From: a virus
Reading direction: 5' to 3' (one strand)
DNA: 64,000 nucleotides
Virus record (IMG/VR): IMGVR_UViG_3300047323_000304
Location: 129,898 to 193,897 of that record
Shown here: piece by piece, positions 1 to 10,343 of the stretch
Numbering within the stretch: the stretch's first letter is position 1
How the letters are laid out: every line of letters begins with the position of its first letter
Notes under the pieces: model-generated
What the model saw: only the letters and a program-made list of their open reading frames with translations
The model's database searches: none
What the model was told of the DNA's origin: nothing
Translations under genes and position numbers: made by a program

Positions 1-29
1 CGTATAATTCTCCATCTATAACTACCATA

Positions 30-509
30 TTAATTTACCCCACTTTCAATATAATTCTTAATATTAAATTTATAATGATCTTTAAAATATAATACATCTC
101 TAAGATCTATATTATCACCACAATTAAAGAACTCTCTTCTATACCATTTAATCTCATAATTATCATCTATAATTAATAAGTCTCCATATTTCCAGCCACT
201 ATCCCATGCAATTACATTATATATTTTACCTTTAATTAAATATCTATCATCAATACATTTTAATTTTAAATGATTAACTTTCTCTAATAACTTATCAACT
301 ATATTTTTATTATCATTTAACCATTTTTCATCATCTCTATGTAAAAATACTCTTAACTCTTTACAAATACCATAGTAATCTTTACCTACAATAATAATTC
401 CATGTAATGTTGAATCAACTGCCATTGTGTTATCAAACCTTGTTTTCAACTCATCTATTAAATCTACTAGATTAAAACTATCATAACTTATCCATTGTCC
501 TCTGCTCAT
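30..509 (-). CDS. hypothetical phage protein
   Basis: 159-aa ORF co-oriented with neighbours; AGGAG-like RBS upstream. Confidence 0.7.
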   Translation of the reverse strand: MSRGQWISYDSFNLVDLIDELKTRFDNTMAVDSTLHGIIIVGKDYYGICKELRVFLHRDDEKWLNDNKNIVDKLLEKVNHLKLKCIDDRYLIKGKIYNVIAWDSGWKYGDLLIIDDNYEIKWYRREFFNCGDNIDLRDVLYFKDHYKFNIKNYIESGVN

Positions 510-594
510 CTTTTATTTCTCCTTTATAATTAAATTTATATTATTTTTTAATTTATTTACTCTCGTTAAAATCGACTTTTTATGACAAATTATT

Positions 595-828
595 TTATAT
601 CCATTTATCTATTTCTTTCCAATATTTATAATTAACCCATTGAAAATTTTCTATTCCTATCTCACAAAGTAATTCATATTGAATAAAGTATCGTTCTAAC
701 CAAATAATAGTTGTTGAATTAATCTTGACTGGAAATATTGCAAACTTATTAATTATTTTCTTATCTCCAATTTTAGGTTTTATTTTTTCTTTAATATTAA
801 ACACCATAAACTTACCTCCTACCTTCAT
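595..828 (-). CDS. hypothetical phage protein
   Basis: short ORF in the minus-strand operon; start uncertain. Confidence 0.6.
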   Translation of the reverse strand: MKVGGKFMVFNIKEKIKPKIGDKKIINKFAIFPVKINSTTIIWLERYFIQYELLCEIGIENFQWVNYKYWKEIDKWI

Positions 829-869
829 TTATAATATCACTCTTATTTATAATTTATCTAAACATCACC

Positions 870-1658
870 TTACCCAACAATATTTATTGGTATCCAATAT
901 TCTCCTTTCTCTATTAGCCACAAATAACTTATATATCCATCAACTATAATATATTTCTTTCCTCGTTGTTCTACTTCTATCGCTTTTTCTATGCCATTAT
1001 TTGCTTTATATTTATTATATTTGTTTAATCTTTTACTCTCTTTGGGTCTACTATTAACCATTACATGTGGGATTATTAACTTATTATATTGAATATACTT
1101 CTCCATATCTATTGGTTGCTTAGTTAATATTTTCCTAGCATCAACATCTTTAGGCTTCTTCCTTTTCTTAGACTTATTATTCATTCCATTTAATTCATTA
1201 GTTAACATTCTAGCTGTTTTTCTTGCTAATTTATCTACAACATTATTATGTATGCTATATTCTGAGGGATTTTTAGAGTTATGAGCTTTTATCCATTTAA
1301 GTGATATTTTCAATCCTACCGTTTTTATTAAACCAAGAACCTCATCGTATATTTCCCTAACTTTAGCTTTAATCTTTCCTTCAGTTATAAAATCATTTAT
1401 AATATTTACTACACTTTGACAATCAGATAAAATAATAACTTGTACATCTTCTAAATCATTTTTTAAGTTGTTTAAATGTAATAATAATTGTTTTATAGCT
1501 TCAATCTCCATTAAATTGCTTGTTGTTTCTATTTGCGTACCACAATTAATATAACTATCCTCATTTATAATTATTTTATAAGCCCATGCACCAACTCCAA
1601 CTTTTTTATATTTTTCTTCTTGCAGACAACTTCCATCAGTAAAACATTTGATTTCCAT
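870..1658 (-). CDS. rnhA: ribonuclease HI with C-terminal ParB-like extension
   Basis: FTDGSC, TSNLMEIEA, ILSDCQSV, WIKAH, NNVVDKLA motifs; C-terminal IVDGYISYL segment. Confidence 0.88.
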   Translation of the reverse strand: MEIKCFTDGSCLQEEKYKKVGVGAWAYKIIINEDSYINCGTQIETTSNLMEIEAIKQLLLHLNNLKNDLEDVQVIILSDCQSVVNIINDFITEGKIKAKVREIYDEVLGLIKTVGLKISLKWIKAHNSKNPSEYSIHNNVVDKLARKTARMLTNELNGMNNKSKKRKKPKDVDARKILTKQPIDMEKYIQYNKLIIPHVMVNSRPKESKRLNKYNKYKANNGIEKAIEVEQRGKKYIIVDGYISYLWLIEKGEYWIPINIVG

Positions 1659-1863
1659 TTATTATCCTCCTACTTATTTTATTACAACTATAATTTATTT
1701 ACCTTAGCTGTTAAATTAAGTATATATCTTCCACAAATCAAAGTCAATACTTTTTAAGTATTCTTTTTAATTTATTTTATATAATTCTTATATGACAATA
1801 TTTTACAATAAAATGCAAATTTTAAATGGTTTTTGATACCTTATAATCAAGAAAAGGATGACT

Positions 1864-2574
1864 TTAATCATCCTTTAACTTTCTATTTTTCTTGAATTCA
1901 TTATTATACCATTTAAGAAAATTCCCATGTAATTTTAGTTCTGCTTCTTCTCTTGCTTTGGTAGCTTCTTCTTTTGTAAAATGTCTACCTAAATTATAAG
2001 TTTTCTTTTGAAATTGAATGGTAGCCCTATATTTACCTTTTTCAAAAATAACACCTCTAATACCTGTTTTACTATTTTTAAAAGCTTTATTATTATTTAT
2101 AGTATCCATTCTTGTATTAGCAATATATTTATTATTTATAAATTTAGAGATGTTTTTAGGGGCATTTCCTTTTGCAATTTCACTATTTCTACAACCACAA
2201 CTCAAGGTATTTCCTGTGGTTAAATTAGTTAAACTTACATATACATCATCTTTACCACAATCACATTTGCATAGCCACATTATATGACCATTATCTCGTT
2301 TACTAGTAGATTTTATGGCAGTAAGTTTACCAAATTTTTGTCCAGAAATATTTCTTGCTTTTAACTTTCCTATATTGGCTAATTTCTCATCACGCAAACA
2401 ACCGCAACTTAAAGTTTGCCCTGCATTAAGTGTGTTACCTGCAACAAAAGTTTCATTTCCACATATACATTTACATTTCCATATAACTGAACCTTGTGAT
2501 GATCTTTTTACTGTTGGTTCAGTAGCAGTTAATTTAGCAAATGTTTTTCCAGTTAAATCTTTAATTCTACCCAA
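1864..2574 (-). CDS. AP2-domain DNA-binding protein of homing-endonuclease type
   Basis: two F(A/G)KLT..W.CKC.CG..SCGC repeats plus NSKTGIRGV..KYRATI..YNLG AP2 motif; no clear HNH core. Confidence 0.75.
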   Translation of the reverse strand: MGRIKDLTGKTFAKLTATEPTVKRSSQGSVIWKCKCICGNETFVAGNTLNAGQTLSCGCLRDEKLANIGKLKARNISGQKFGKLTAIKSTSKRDNGHIMWLCKCDCGKDDVYVSLTNLTTGNTLSCGCRNSEIAKGNAPKNISKFINNKYIANTRMDTINNNKAFKNSKTGIRGVIFEKGKYRATIQFQKKTYNLGRHFTKEEATKAREEAELKLHGNFLKWYNNEFKKNRKLKDD

Positions 2575-2680
2575 AGTAATACTCCTTATGATAAATAAAC
2601 TTTATTCTTATTGTTAATTGCTATTATACCATATTATTTAATTTTATAAATGACAAAAATTTATTTTGATTAATAAAACC

Positions 2681-2727
2681 TGTGGATAACTTTGATTACA
2701 TTTAAAAATTATGTTGACTTATCCACA
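2681..2727. promoter_or_regulatory. pair of inverted consensus DnaA boxes
   Basis: TGTGGATAA at 2681-2689 and TTATCCACA at 2719-2727. Confidence 0.65.
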
Positions 2728-2742
2728 ATTTTTCATTAAAAT
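2714..2742 (+). promoter_or_regulatory. sigma-A promoter overlapping a DnaA box
   Basis: TTGACT-N17-TAAAAT. Confidence 0.6.
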
Positions 2743-2762
2743 AAATACATAGGAAAAATTCA

Positions 2763-2868
2763 AAAATAAAAAGTCCTTTCAACACTTATTCAGAATCCCC
2801 ATTCTGGACAAGCTAGGAACTTAAATGGTACGTCAATACCAAGAAAGTAACGAAAGAACTTATTTAAT
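2763..2868 (-). ncRNA. putative ~100-nt structured small RNA or attenuator leader
   Basis: closing stem AAGTTCTTTC/GAAAGGACTT followed by a U-tract; internal hairpins TGGTA-TTGACG-TACCA and CAGAAT-GGGG-ATTCTG; promoter immediately upstream. Confidence 0.5.
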
Positions 2869-2874
2869 ATCTTA

Positions 2875-2903
2875 ATTATATATTATAATTTTATCATTGT
2901 AAA
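2875..2903 (-). promoter_or_regulatory. sigma-A promoter for the small RNA
   Basis: TTTACA-N17-TATAAT on the minus strand. Confidence 0.6.
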
Positions 2904-3184
2904 TATATAATTTAAGAAACATAAGTAAGATTTTTACAAGCTTTATTGGTATTAAATACTGATAAAGCTTTTTATTTTTTTGTAAATTTGGGTAAATAAA
3001 AAAAGAAAGTTACTATCAATAACTTTCCAACATTTAACCTACCTATAAAAAACTTTATATAGAATTATTATTCTTATATACTTCCGTTTAATATAAGTAA
3101 AATTTATCTCGCAAATTTATTTTACCACAGATTTTTTAAAAATGGAAGTGTTTAGGCTTAATAAAGTCAACCTTTTTTAGAGTA

Positions 3185-3760
3185 ATATTGAGGATTCCCA
3201 TATTTACAGGGATGAGCAGTACAAATATACTTTAATTAATAGATAAATATACAATTATTCTAAAATACTAAAGGTGGCTTCAAAGTGTTGAAAAGGCTAA
3301 TCACATTAAAATAACCTGCCGTAAAAGGTGCTACGTCCTCACGCATTGAAAAAAGTATGCAAAGAGCGAGGTATAATTCTATACTTTTTGACTATATACA
3401 AGAAGTATAAATCCCCTGTGTTCATAGTAAGGTGAAACTCCGTACAGGGTTATCAAAAATGTGAGGCGATAAGAATGACCAACTCTTATCATTTTGGAAG
3501 TCCTAACGTAGAAATACGTGGCAATATCATAGTAATACTTTTATAGTAGTTGTGTTAGGGTAGGAATGACATAATTAAAACTATGATTCTTATATAGATG
3601 TGAAGATACAATTCCCGAAAACAAAGCATAATATTCACATAATATCTCTTATTGCTTCTCAGCATTAAGGGGTTTTATGTTCAAACGTGTCCACCCTCCT
3701 CAAAGCATATCCTTTGGCATATATCAAAGTCAAGTAGTAAATTCAATTAAGTATGCAAGT
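3185..3760 (+). ncRNA. candidate large structured non-coding RNA (ROOL/GOLLD/OLE size class; family and strand unverified)
   Basis: ORF-free and GC-enriched; nested pairings TTGAGGA 3188/TCCTCAA 3697, CCTCAC 3337/GTGAGG 3461, CCCTGT 3414/ACAGGG 3444, GATAAGA 3468/TCTTATC 3484; ACGTA-GAAA-TACGT GNRA hairpin at 3506-3519. Confidence 0.45.
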
Positions 3761-3763
3761 TTG

Positions 3764-3813
3764 ATTATAACTAGAGTGATAACTCAAAGTAAGCAATACA
3801 CTCTAGTTATAAT
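3764..3813. terminator. inverted repeat, probable terminator
   Basis: 15-bp arms ATTATAACTAGAGTG/CACTCTAGTTATAAT just after the 3820 ORF stop. Confidence 0.6.
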
Positions 3814-3819
3814 ATTTAA

Positions 3820-4140
3820 TTAGGATATCTTAGCAGAAACTTCAACATTTAAATTATATTTATTGATTAAATATTTAGCACATTCTAAATCAGTTTCAAA
3901 TACTTCAAAATCATTACCATCTGAACTACATTCTTTAGTTTTTGGATTTCTATAATCATATCCTGCTATACCATCATTATCAATATAATAAAAAGTTTCA
4001 TATTCTGCATTTTCTTTTTCACAAATGTTTTCTTCTAAATCTTGATACACAATCCTTGTCACATCATAAATTTTGTTTTTAGTTACACCTTGTACCATTT
4101 CATTTAATATTAATATTTTCATAATAAATCTCTCCTCCAT
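3820..4140 (-). CDS. hypothetical phage protein
   Basis: ORF with RBS and an upstream TTGACA-N17-TATGAT promoter. Confidence 0.7.
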   Translation of the reverse strand: MEERFIMKILILNEMVQGVTKNKIYDVTRIVYQDLEENICEKENAEYETFYYIDNDGIAGYDYRNPKTKECSSDGNDFEVFETDLECAKYLINKYNLNVEVSAKIS

Positions 4141-4286
4141 ATTTTATTTTATGTATTCCTTGTTGATATAACTATCATATCATTTATAATTTTAGTTGTC
4201 AATATTATTTTTAATTTATTTATCTATTACTAAAATGTGAATTTTATTAACTGTTAAAAAGGAACAAAATCAATTGTTCCTCATAA

Positions 4287-4865
4287 TTATCTTGTATTGT
4301 ATAAATTCTTGACCAAAAATTGTAACTCTTCAGTAGAGTCTATACTACTAATACTTATTATTCCACTAATTAAATCATTCCACTTATCTATATATACCTT
4401 TATAAAGTCGTTAGGAGTATTGATGCCATTAGGATATATATTTTCTAGTATTGAGTATCCCCTATCCTCAGAACCCCCATCTGTACCTTTTAGTAATATT
4501 AATAGGTATTTAGATAACTCTGATTCAAGTCTTAACGTTACTCCCCATTCTAAAAATGACAAAGGAATTGCAAAACATACCTCATTTAAATTTGCATAAT
4601 GGAAACCATTTACTTTAATAGATGTTATTATTATATTGCTTATTACTGTCATTATCCCTTTTTCATTAGTTTTACACTGATACTGTAACCAGTCAGTAAA
4701 ATATTTTATATTTTCTACCTCAAAACATTTATCTTCATTATTATAGCACTTTTCAAATAATTCAATATTCAATGTATTTAATAATTCATCTCTGAAATTA
4801 TCTTGTATATCCCACGGATGATCTCCACCCATTGGTTTATTTAACCAATATCCCATATTTATCAT
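4287..4865 (-). CDS. hypothetical phage protein
   Basis: 192-aa ORF with a downstream terminator hairpin. Confidence 0.7.
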   Translation of the reverse strand: MINMGYWLNKPMGGDHPWDIQDNFRDELLNTLNIELFEKCYNNEDKCFEVENIKYFTDWLQYQCKTNEKGIMTVISNIIITSIKVNGFHYANLNEVCFAIPLSFLEWGVTLRLESELSKYLLILLKGTDGGSEDRGYSILENIYPNGINTPNDFIKVYIDKWNDLISGIISISSIDSTEELQFLVKNLYNTR

Positions 4866-4999
4866 AACCTTTCAATAATATTATACTAATATTATATCCG
4901 TGATTTAAAAATCATATACGTATTTTTTAAGTATTTGTTTATAATTTATTTAATCGTAAATACTAAAACATTTCTGTAATAATATTTACGATTACCAAT

Positions 5000-5359
5000 T
5001 TATTGTTGTATAAAATTAACTTCACAATTTTTAAATTTAGTCATAACCATTTCATTCCAAAACCCTTTCTTAAATGTTTGTATTAGTACAAAATGCCTCT
5101 CTAATGAATCTTCTCTAGACATTACGTCTGAAACAATACTTTCAAAGTTTTCTTTAAAGCTTTCTTCTGTAAGAACGTCATATAATTCTTTTACACTATC
5201 ATATATAAAAGTTAAACAATCTGTTTCTTCGGTTTCTTGTACTAAACAAAAATAATTAATTGCTTTCAAATTCTTATCGTAAAATACTTTATATATCATA
5301 TCTTCTATTTTTATTGTTTTAATAAACTCCATACTAATTATCTCCTTTCTTTTATGCAA
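5000..5359 (-). CDS. hypothetical phage protein
   Basis: ORF overlapping the stop of the upstream gene. Confidence 0.7.
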   Translation of the reverse strand: MHKRKEIISMEFIKTIKIEDMIYKVFYDKNLKAINYFCLVQETEETDCLTFIYDSVKELYDVLTEESFKENFESIVSDVMSREDSLERHFVLIQTFKKGFWNEMVMTKFKNCEVNFIQQ

Positions 5360-6158
5360 ATCTTCTTCTTCCTTGATTTCCTACTTTATAATAATTCCCA
5401 TCATTATAACTTATTATAACGTTTCTAACTTTACTAGTGTAAAAATCTACTAATTGTCCACAACATTGTTCTAAATCACCTTTTTCCATCAATGCTATTT
5501 CTTTTGGAGCATTCTTAGCTCTTTCTCTTATATACTCACTATCATAAAAATCAGAAACATATAATTTTAAAAATGCTCTAACAAATGCTTGACTTCTAAA
5601 GTTTTCATTTTCCTTAAATAAGTATAAATCATGTAAAAAATTTATTATTTCCAATTCATTTTCTATATTCAATTTTCCTTGTTTAAATAATTTTAATCTT
5701 CCTGATTGTCCTAATTGCTCTTTTGATAATTCATCCATTACTACAATCAAATCACTAATATTTAATTTATATTTTTTTATCATATTATTTAATGTTACAT
5801 ACATTGGTAATTGTCTACTAACACCAGATGATAAATAATCCTCTAGTTTCCAAGTATTAGCCTCACTATTCATTAAAAGCATTTCGTTAAATCCTGCTCC
5901 TTCTTGTATGTAATATCTAATAGGTTTACCAGAAGCTTTCCATGCTGAAAATCTATGTTGTCCGTCTATTATTTCACCTTTTTCATTTATCATAATCATT
6001 GGTAACATTTCATTCCCTGATAATATGTAATTAATTATTTCTTGAACATGACATAAATCTATTGGTCTATTTCCCTCTATTAATTTGAAATTTTCATAAT
6101 CTGTTGAATAACAATTTACACCTAATACTCCATCACATCTAATAACTTTATTTTCCAT
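5352..6158 (-). CDS. ParB/Srx N-terminal-domain protein
   Basis: NRPID..HV, PMIMINEKGEIIDGQHRF motif. Confidence 0.75.
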   Translation of the reverse strand: MENKVIRCDGVLGVNCYSTDYENFKLIEGNRPIDLCHVQEIINYILSGNEMLPMIMINEKGEIIDGQHRFSAWKASGKPIRYYIQEGAGFNEMLLMNSEANTWKLEDYLSSGVSRQLPMYVTLNNMIKKYKLNISDLIVVMDELSKEQLGQSGRLKLFKQGKLNIENELEIINFLHDLYLFKENENFRSQAFVRAFLKLYVSDFYDSEYIRERAKNAPKEIALMEKGDLEQCCGQLVDFYTSKVRNVIISYNDGNYYKVGNQGRRRFA

Positions 6159-6159
6159 T

Positions 6160-6660
6160 TTACTCTTCTCCTTTTATTATAAATTTTCTATCTAAATTTT
6201 TGTTTAAACATTTTTTACATTTATTTGATAATCCGTCTTTTGTACTAACATTAATTATAAACATTGATACGTCTAATTTTTCTCCACAACATTCACATAC
6301 TTTTAGTTTGTTGATATTATTGTCTTTAATTTGTTTTTTCTTTTTATCTCGTTCTATTTTTATTTTCTTTTGTGCGATTCTGCATTCATCTTGATACCCA
6401 CTAGGCTTGTTTTTATTTAAATTAAATGCATCTAACGGATGAAATTTATTACAATGCCAACACCATTTCCTACCATCATCTGTTATAAGTTGTCTGTTTG
6501 ATGTTTGTCTTTGTTTTTTAAAACCACATTCTGATCTCACTTTTTTTACTTCTGCCTCTTTTAATCCTAATTCTTCTGACATTTCTTTATCACTTTTAAA
6601 TCTAAAATTATTTTCTATGTAATCAACTTGTTCTACTGTTAACTCTTCATATTTGCTCAT
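6160..6660 (-). CDS. HTH plus zinc-finger repeat protein
   Basis: N-terminal SDKEMSEELG helix-turn-helix-like segment; two CxxC..F..K..G....C..C repeats. Confidence 0.6.
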   Translation of the reverse strand: MSKYEELTVEQVDYIENNFRFKSDKEMSEELGLKEAEVKKVRSECGFKKQRQTSNRQLITDDGRKWCWHCNKFHPLDAFNLNKNKPSGYQDECRIAQKKIKIERDKKKKQIKDNNINKLKVCECCGEKLDVSMFIINVSTKDGLSNKCKKCLNKNLDRKFIIKGEE

Positions 6661-6842
6661 TTTCGTCTCCTCCTATCATGTTTCTTTACTTTACATACAT
6701 ATATCGAATCCAATCTCAGTTTTCTGCTTTCATATTCCAAGTCTTTTGTTTTTCTAAATTCTAAATAACTTTCACAAATACTGTGACATCCTAATTCTCT
6801 ATTGGTACAATTCTTACAACTCACTTTGTTTTCTCCTTTCAT
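6657..6842 (-). CDS. small Cys-rich phage protein
   Basis: CKNC..R..GCH..CESY motif; overlaps next gene by ATGA. Confidence 0.6.
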   Translation of the reverse strand: MKGENKVSCKNCTNRELGCHSICESYLEFRKTKDLEYESRKLRLDSIYVCKVKKHDRRRRK

Positions 6843-6932
6843 TTTCTTTTATATATTATCTTTAATTTATTAACTTGTCTACATTTACTATTATATTCTT
6901 ATCTTTCCATTATGTCAAACATTATTTTTAAT

Positions 6933-7391
6933 TTATTTAACATATTTAAATTCTTTCAATCTATCTAACAACCATTCTTGACCTTCTTTAGTTATACTTA
7001 TTCTTATAGTTTGTATTCCTGCATCTTTGTCTTTGATTGGCATAAAATTGCTTTCAGTAAAATAACCTTTATCTAAAAATTGTTGTTTAATTCTCTTTTT
7101 ATTTAATGTTTCATCTAAATAAGTTACTCCATGATCAAATAATATTTTATGAATTTTATTTCCACCTATATTTTCATAATCCTCAACAACATCTTTTAAG
7201 CTTCTTATATAAGCTGAAATACTTATATGTTTCTTTGAACTATAATTATATTTAAAATCTTCTAATATATCATCCACTTCAAAATTATCCATATACTCTT
7301 TTAGATGCTTCATATATGCATCTGTTCCACTAATATAATCCCTTAACTTACCTTGATATTCTAAATCTTCTATATCTTTTAATTTCATCAT
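6933..7391 (-). CDS. phage antirepressor KilAC-domain protein
   Basis: C-terminal QQFLDKGYF..TIRISITKEGQEWL; own TTGACA-N17-TATAAT promoter. Confidence 0.65.
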   Translation of the reverse strand: MMKLKDIEDLEYQGKLRDYISGTDAYMKHLKEYMDNFEVDDILEDFKYNYSSKKHISISAYIRSLKDVVEDYENIGGNKIHKILFDHGVTYLDETLNKKRIKQQFLDKGYFTESNFMPIKDKDAGIQTIRISITKEGQEWLLDRLKEFKYVK

Positions 7392-7484
7392 TCTTTCTCC
7401 TATCTTTAATTATATTTTATCTATATTAATATTAATTATTTTCAATTTTAGGGAAGCTATATAACTTCCCAGTATTGATATCTT

Positions 7485-7925
7485 TTATATGTTTATTTTT
7501 AACTTTTCTAAATTTGCTTTCACAATTTTAAATCTATCATATTTTAAATTATTCTTTTTATGATATTGTTCATTTCTATTATCTATAAGCCACCTAGAAT
7601 AAGTATTTAAACCATGTGTAAAGTATCCTTCATGCTCATAAATTACTTTATCTTCTTTATAATATCCTAATGGTGTGAGTAACCCTTCATAAAAATGAAT
7701 AAGTTTTTGTCTTTTAATCTCTTTATATTCAGCAGAGAACCACTTTAGATATTTATTGTATTCTTTTTTATCTAATTCACTATACTCGTTATCACAATCT
7801 AGTAAACTTGCATCATATAACTTATTGCACTTAGCACAATAATAAAGTCCTATAATATCATCATCAACATTTAAAATACTGTTATCCTCATATTGAAGAT
7901 TATTTCCACACATACAGTTACTCAT
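7485..7925 (-). CDS. hypothetical phage protein
   Basis: 146-aa ORF with Cys pairs. Confidence 0.65.
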   Translation of the reverse strand: MSNCMCGNNLQYEDNSILNVDDDIIGLYYCAKCNKLYDASLLDCDNEYSELDKKEYNKYLKWFSAEYKEIKRQKLIHFYEGLLTPLGYYKEDKVIYEHEGYFTHGLNTYSRWLIDNRNEQYHKKNNLKYDRFKIVKANLEKLKINI

Positions 7926-7972
7926 TTTAAATCACCTCATTTCTTTACATTATTTTTAATTTGTTATATGTA

Positions 7973-8527
7973 TTATAAATTTCTACGAGTTCCTTGTCGT
8001 ATCTTCTTTAGTGGTGGTAGTCCCAGATGTCTCCAATCAGCACCAGTAGCTATACGAGATATTGCTGAAGGTTCTGTATTATATAATTTACCTATATCTT
8101 TATATTTCATAGTTCCACTTTTACACAAATTATATATTTCAATAACTATTTCATTAGTTAGTTTATTATGATAGTTGTTTTCTCCACCTCTTTTCTTCAA
8201 TATTAAAGCTTCGTGGTCTTGATTTTCCTTTTTAGTACACCATTCCAAATTTTCAACATAGTTATGTGTCTTGATCCCATCAATATGATTTACTTCAGGT
8301 AGATTATTTGGGTTAGGTATAAATACATGAGCAACCGCCCTGTGAGCATTTCTAGCAATAAAACCGTCATCAAACTCCAAATGTGCTGACACATATCCAT
8401 GTTTAGTAAGTTTTCCTTTAAATAATTTTCCAAGCTTAGTGATTATCCTACCTTTATTAGATATCTCATATCCACTATCTTTAATCCATACTTCACCTTC
8501 TAAATCTTCTATTATTTCTTTTCGCAT
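7973..8527 (-). CDS. NUMOD4-HNH homing endonuclease
   Basis: YEISNKGR, HRAVAHVFIPNP, VNHIDGIKTHNYVENLEW. Confidence 0.88.
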   Translation of the reverse strand: MRKEIIEDLEGEVWIKDSGYEISNKGRIITKLGKLFKGKLTKHGYVSAHLEFDDGFIARNAHRAVAHVFIPNPNNLPEVNHIDGIKTHNYVENLEWCTKKENQDHEALILKKRGGENNYHNKLTNEIVIEIYNLCKSGTMKYKDIGKLYNTEPSAISRIATGADWRHLGLPPLKKIRQGTRRNL

Positions 8528-8648
8528 TATAATTTATCCTTTCCTATATTTTTCAATTTTAAAAATTGTCGTAAAATAGCCATTTTATACCAATTATTAA
8601 GAGCTACAAGCTAGTCGTAGCCCTATTTTAAATTAAACTAATTTACTT

Positions 8649-9053
8649 TTAAGCCATAATAAATTCATCTTGTTGAGCCTTTATTAAATCTTCGTGCCAC
8701 TTAAGGGCTTCTTCGTATGTATCAAACAACTTTCCATCGTACTTTTCGATATTATCTTCAGTAATTTCCATATCTTTTTCTTTTAATTTTTTGATTATTA
8801 AATCTCTTTCCCATTGTTTTTTAATTTCTATTGCTTTTAAATCATTTCTAAATTCTACGCAATCATGACCAATATCAAATCTTGCTTGGAACTCATCATC
8901 TGTTATATATGGTCTAAAATCACCACCAAAGGTTAATCCTTTAGAATCTAGCCATTCTTTAAAATCTACTAATAACTTATCTCTATCTATTTTATCTTTG
9001 TGATTACATATAAATTCACCTTTTATTTTTAATACATCATCTAAATGTGCCAT
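8649..9053 (-). CDS. hypothetical phage protein
   Basis: operonic ORF. Confidence 0.7.
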   Translation of the reverse strand: MAHLDDVLKIKGEFICNHKDKIDRDKLLVDFKEWLDSKGLTFGGDFRPYITDDEFQARFDIGHDCVEFRNDLKAIEIKKQWERDLIIKKLKEKDMEITEDNIEKYDGKLFDTYEEALKWHEDLIKAQQDEFIMA

Positions 9054-9055
9054 AT

Positions 9056-9385
9056 TTACTCAATTCCTTTCTTCTTTTTAATATCATTAATTAACCATTC
9101 TAATTTACCATCTGTAATATATCCTTTATCTTTAGATTCCTTATTATACTTATCTATTGTTGTTTTAGCATAACATATATCATCTTCAGTAAGCTCTATT
9201 ACTTCCATAATCCCAGCTAATACATTGTCACAGCTTGGACATATAATGTGTTTAATATGTCTACCATAACCATCTCTAGGATTAACCCATGTTGTCAGTT
9301 CTCTTTCTTGTTTAGGATTCTCAAATTTAAAATTCTCTTCATACTTCCCACATTTGGGGCAATAAAATATATTTTTCATTATCAT
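9056..9385 (-). CDS. hypothetical zinc-ribbon protein
   Basis: CPKC...CPSC. Confidence 0.7.
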   Translation of the reverse strand: MIMKNIFYCPKCGKYEENFKFENPKQERELTTWVNPRDGYGRHIKHIICPSCDNVLAGIMEVIELTEDDICYAKTTIDKYNKESKDKGYITDGKLEWLINDIKKKKGIE

Positions 9386-9452
9386 ACATCACCTCTTTTT
9401 ACTATTTATTAAAGTTCTTATAAAAGTCCTCTTTTACCTTATTATCTATAAT

Positions 9453-9671
9453 TTATTTGTTTGTGTCTTTTAATGGAGTAAAACGAATGTCACCATCGGA
9501 ATTTCTTAATATCATTTCTTCTATAAATTCACCATTTTCTTTACTTATAACCACTTTTACACTTTTAGCAGTGATATTTGCTTTACTGATATCACTCAAA
9601 TTATTTATTTCTAATCTATTTCTATTTTCGTCATAAAAATTTACATCTACTTTCATTTTATCAATCTCCAT
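9453..9671 (-). CDS. hypothetical phage protein
   Basis: short co-oriented ORF. Confidence 0.6.
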   Translation of the reverse strand: MEIDKMKVDVNFYDENRNRLEINNLSDISKANITAKSVKVVISKENGEFIEEMILRNSDGDIRFTPLKDTNK

Positions 9672-9935
9672 TCTTTTATTATTTTTATTTTATTTATTAC
9701 TAACTGTTTGCCAAACTTGTCCATTAAATTTAGCTACTATTGGTTTAGATTGTTTTGTATTGCCTAATGTGTAATAAATTTCTACTGTATTTTCATCTAT
9801 GTATACTGGTTCTTCAAAGTGAACCTTTATTGATAATTTACTTGTATCCATCATTCTCACCTCCTTCTATTATAGAATACTTTTTATTTTATCTAATGTC
9901 AATACTTTCTTTGGATTATTTTAGTAAATATTTAT

Positions 9936-10343
9936 TTACTTAGTTTGATTATTTATATTTAATAAAAAGATTCTCTCAATTTCTTCTATGTCTTTTTTAA
10001 GTTGTTCATCATCATAAATATCTCCACTATTACATATGTTTATTAAAGGAGCTATGTCTCCTTCTTTATCATTAGTATTTTCATAAAACAAATCTGAATT
10101 TAATCCATACTCATTTTTAAGCATATCGTCAAATTCTTCAGTTAATTCACATACTTTTCTTGCAGTATTGTTAATTTGTATTAATTTTCTCTTTAATTTT
10201 GTGGGCAATTTCTTTGTTATTATGATATCCACCTTCTTTTTAGTTCCATTATTTGTATCATTAATCTTAATCTTTTTCACACCGAATGACTCTAAAATCC
10301 TTATAGCAATCTGAACACTCATAAAAGTCATTAGATTCACCAC
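9936..10343 (-). CDS. hypothetical phage protein
   Basis: ORF; true start probably downstream of 10270 to avoid overlap. Confidence 0.55.
   Translation of the reverse strand: MVNLMTFMSVQIAIRILESFGVKKIKINDTNNGTKKKVDIIITKKLPTKLKRKLIQINNTARKVCELTEEFDDMLKNEYGLNSDLFYENTNDKEGDIAPLINICNSGDIYDDEQLKKDIEEIERIFLLNINNQTK

Noticed and set aside
3185-3760. Group I or group II intron interpretation of the structured island
   Set aside because: No convincing P7 or domain V motifs and no interrupted host gene; kept only as an unassigned ncRNA candidate.
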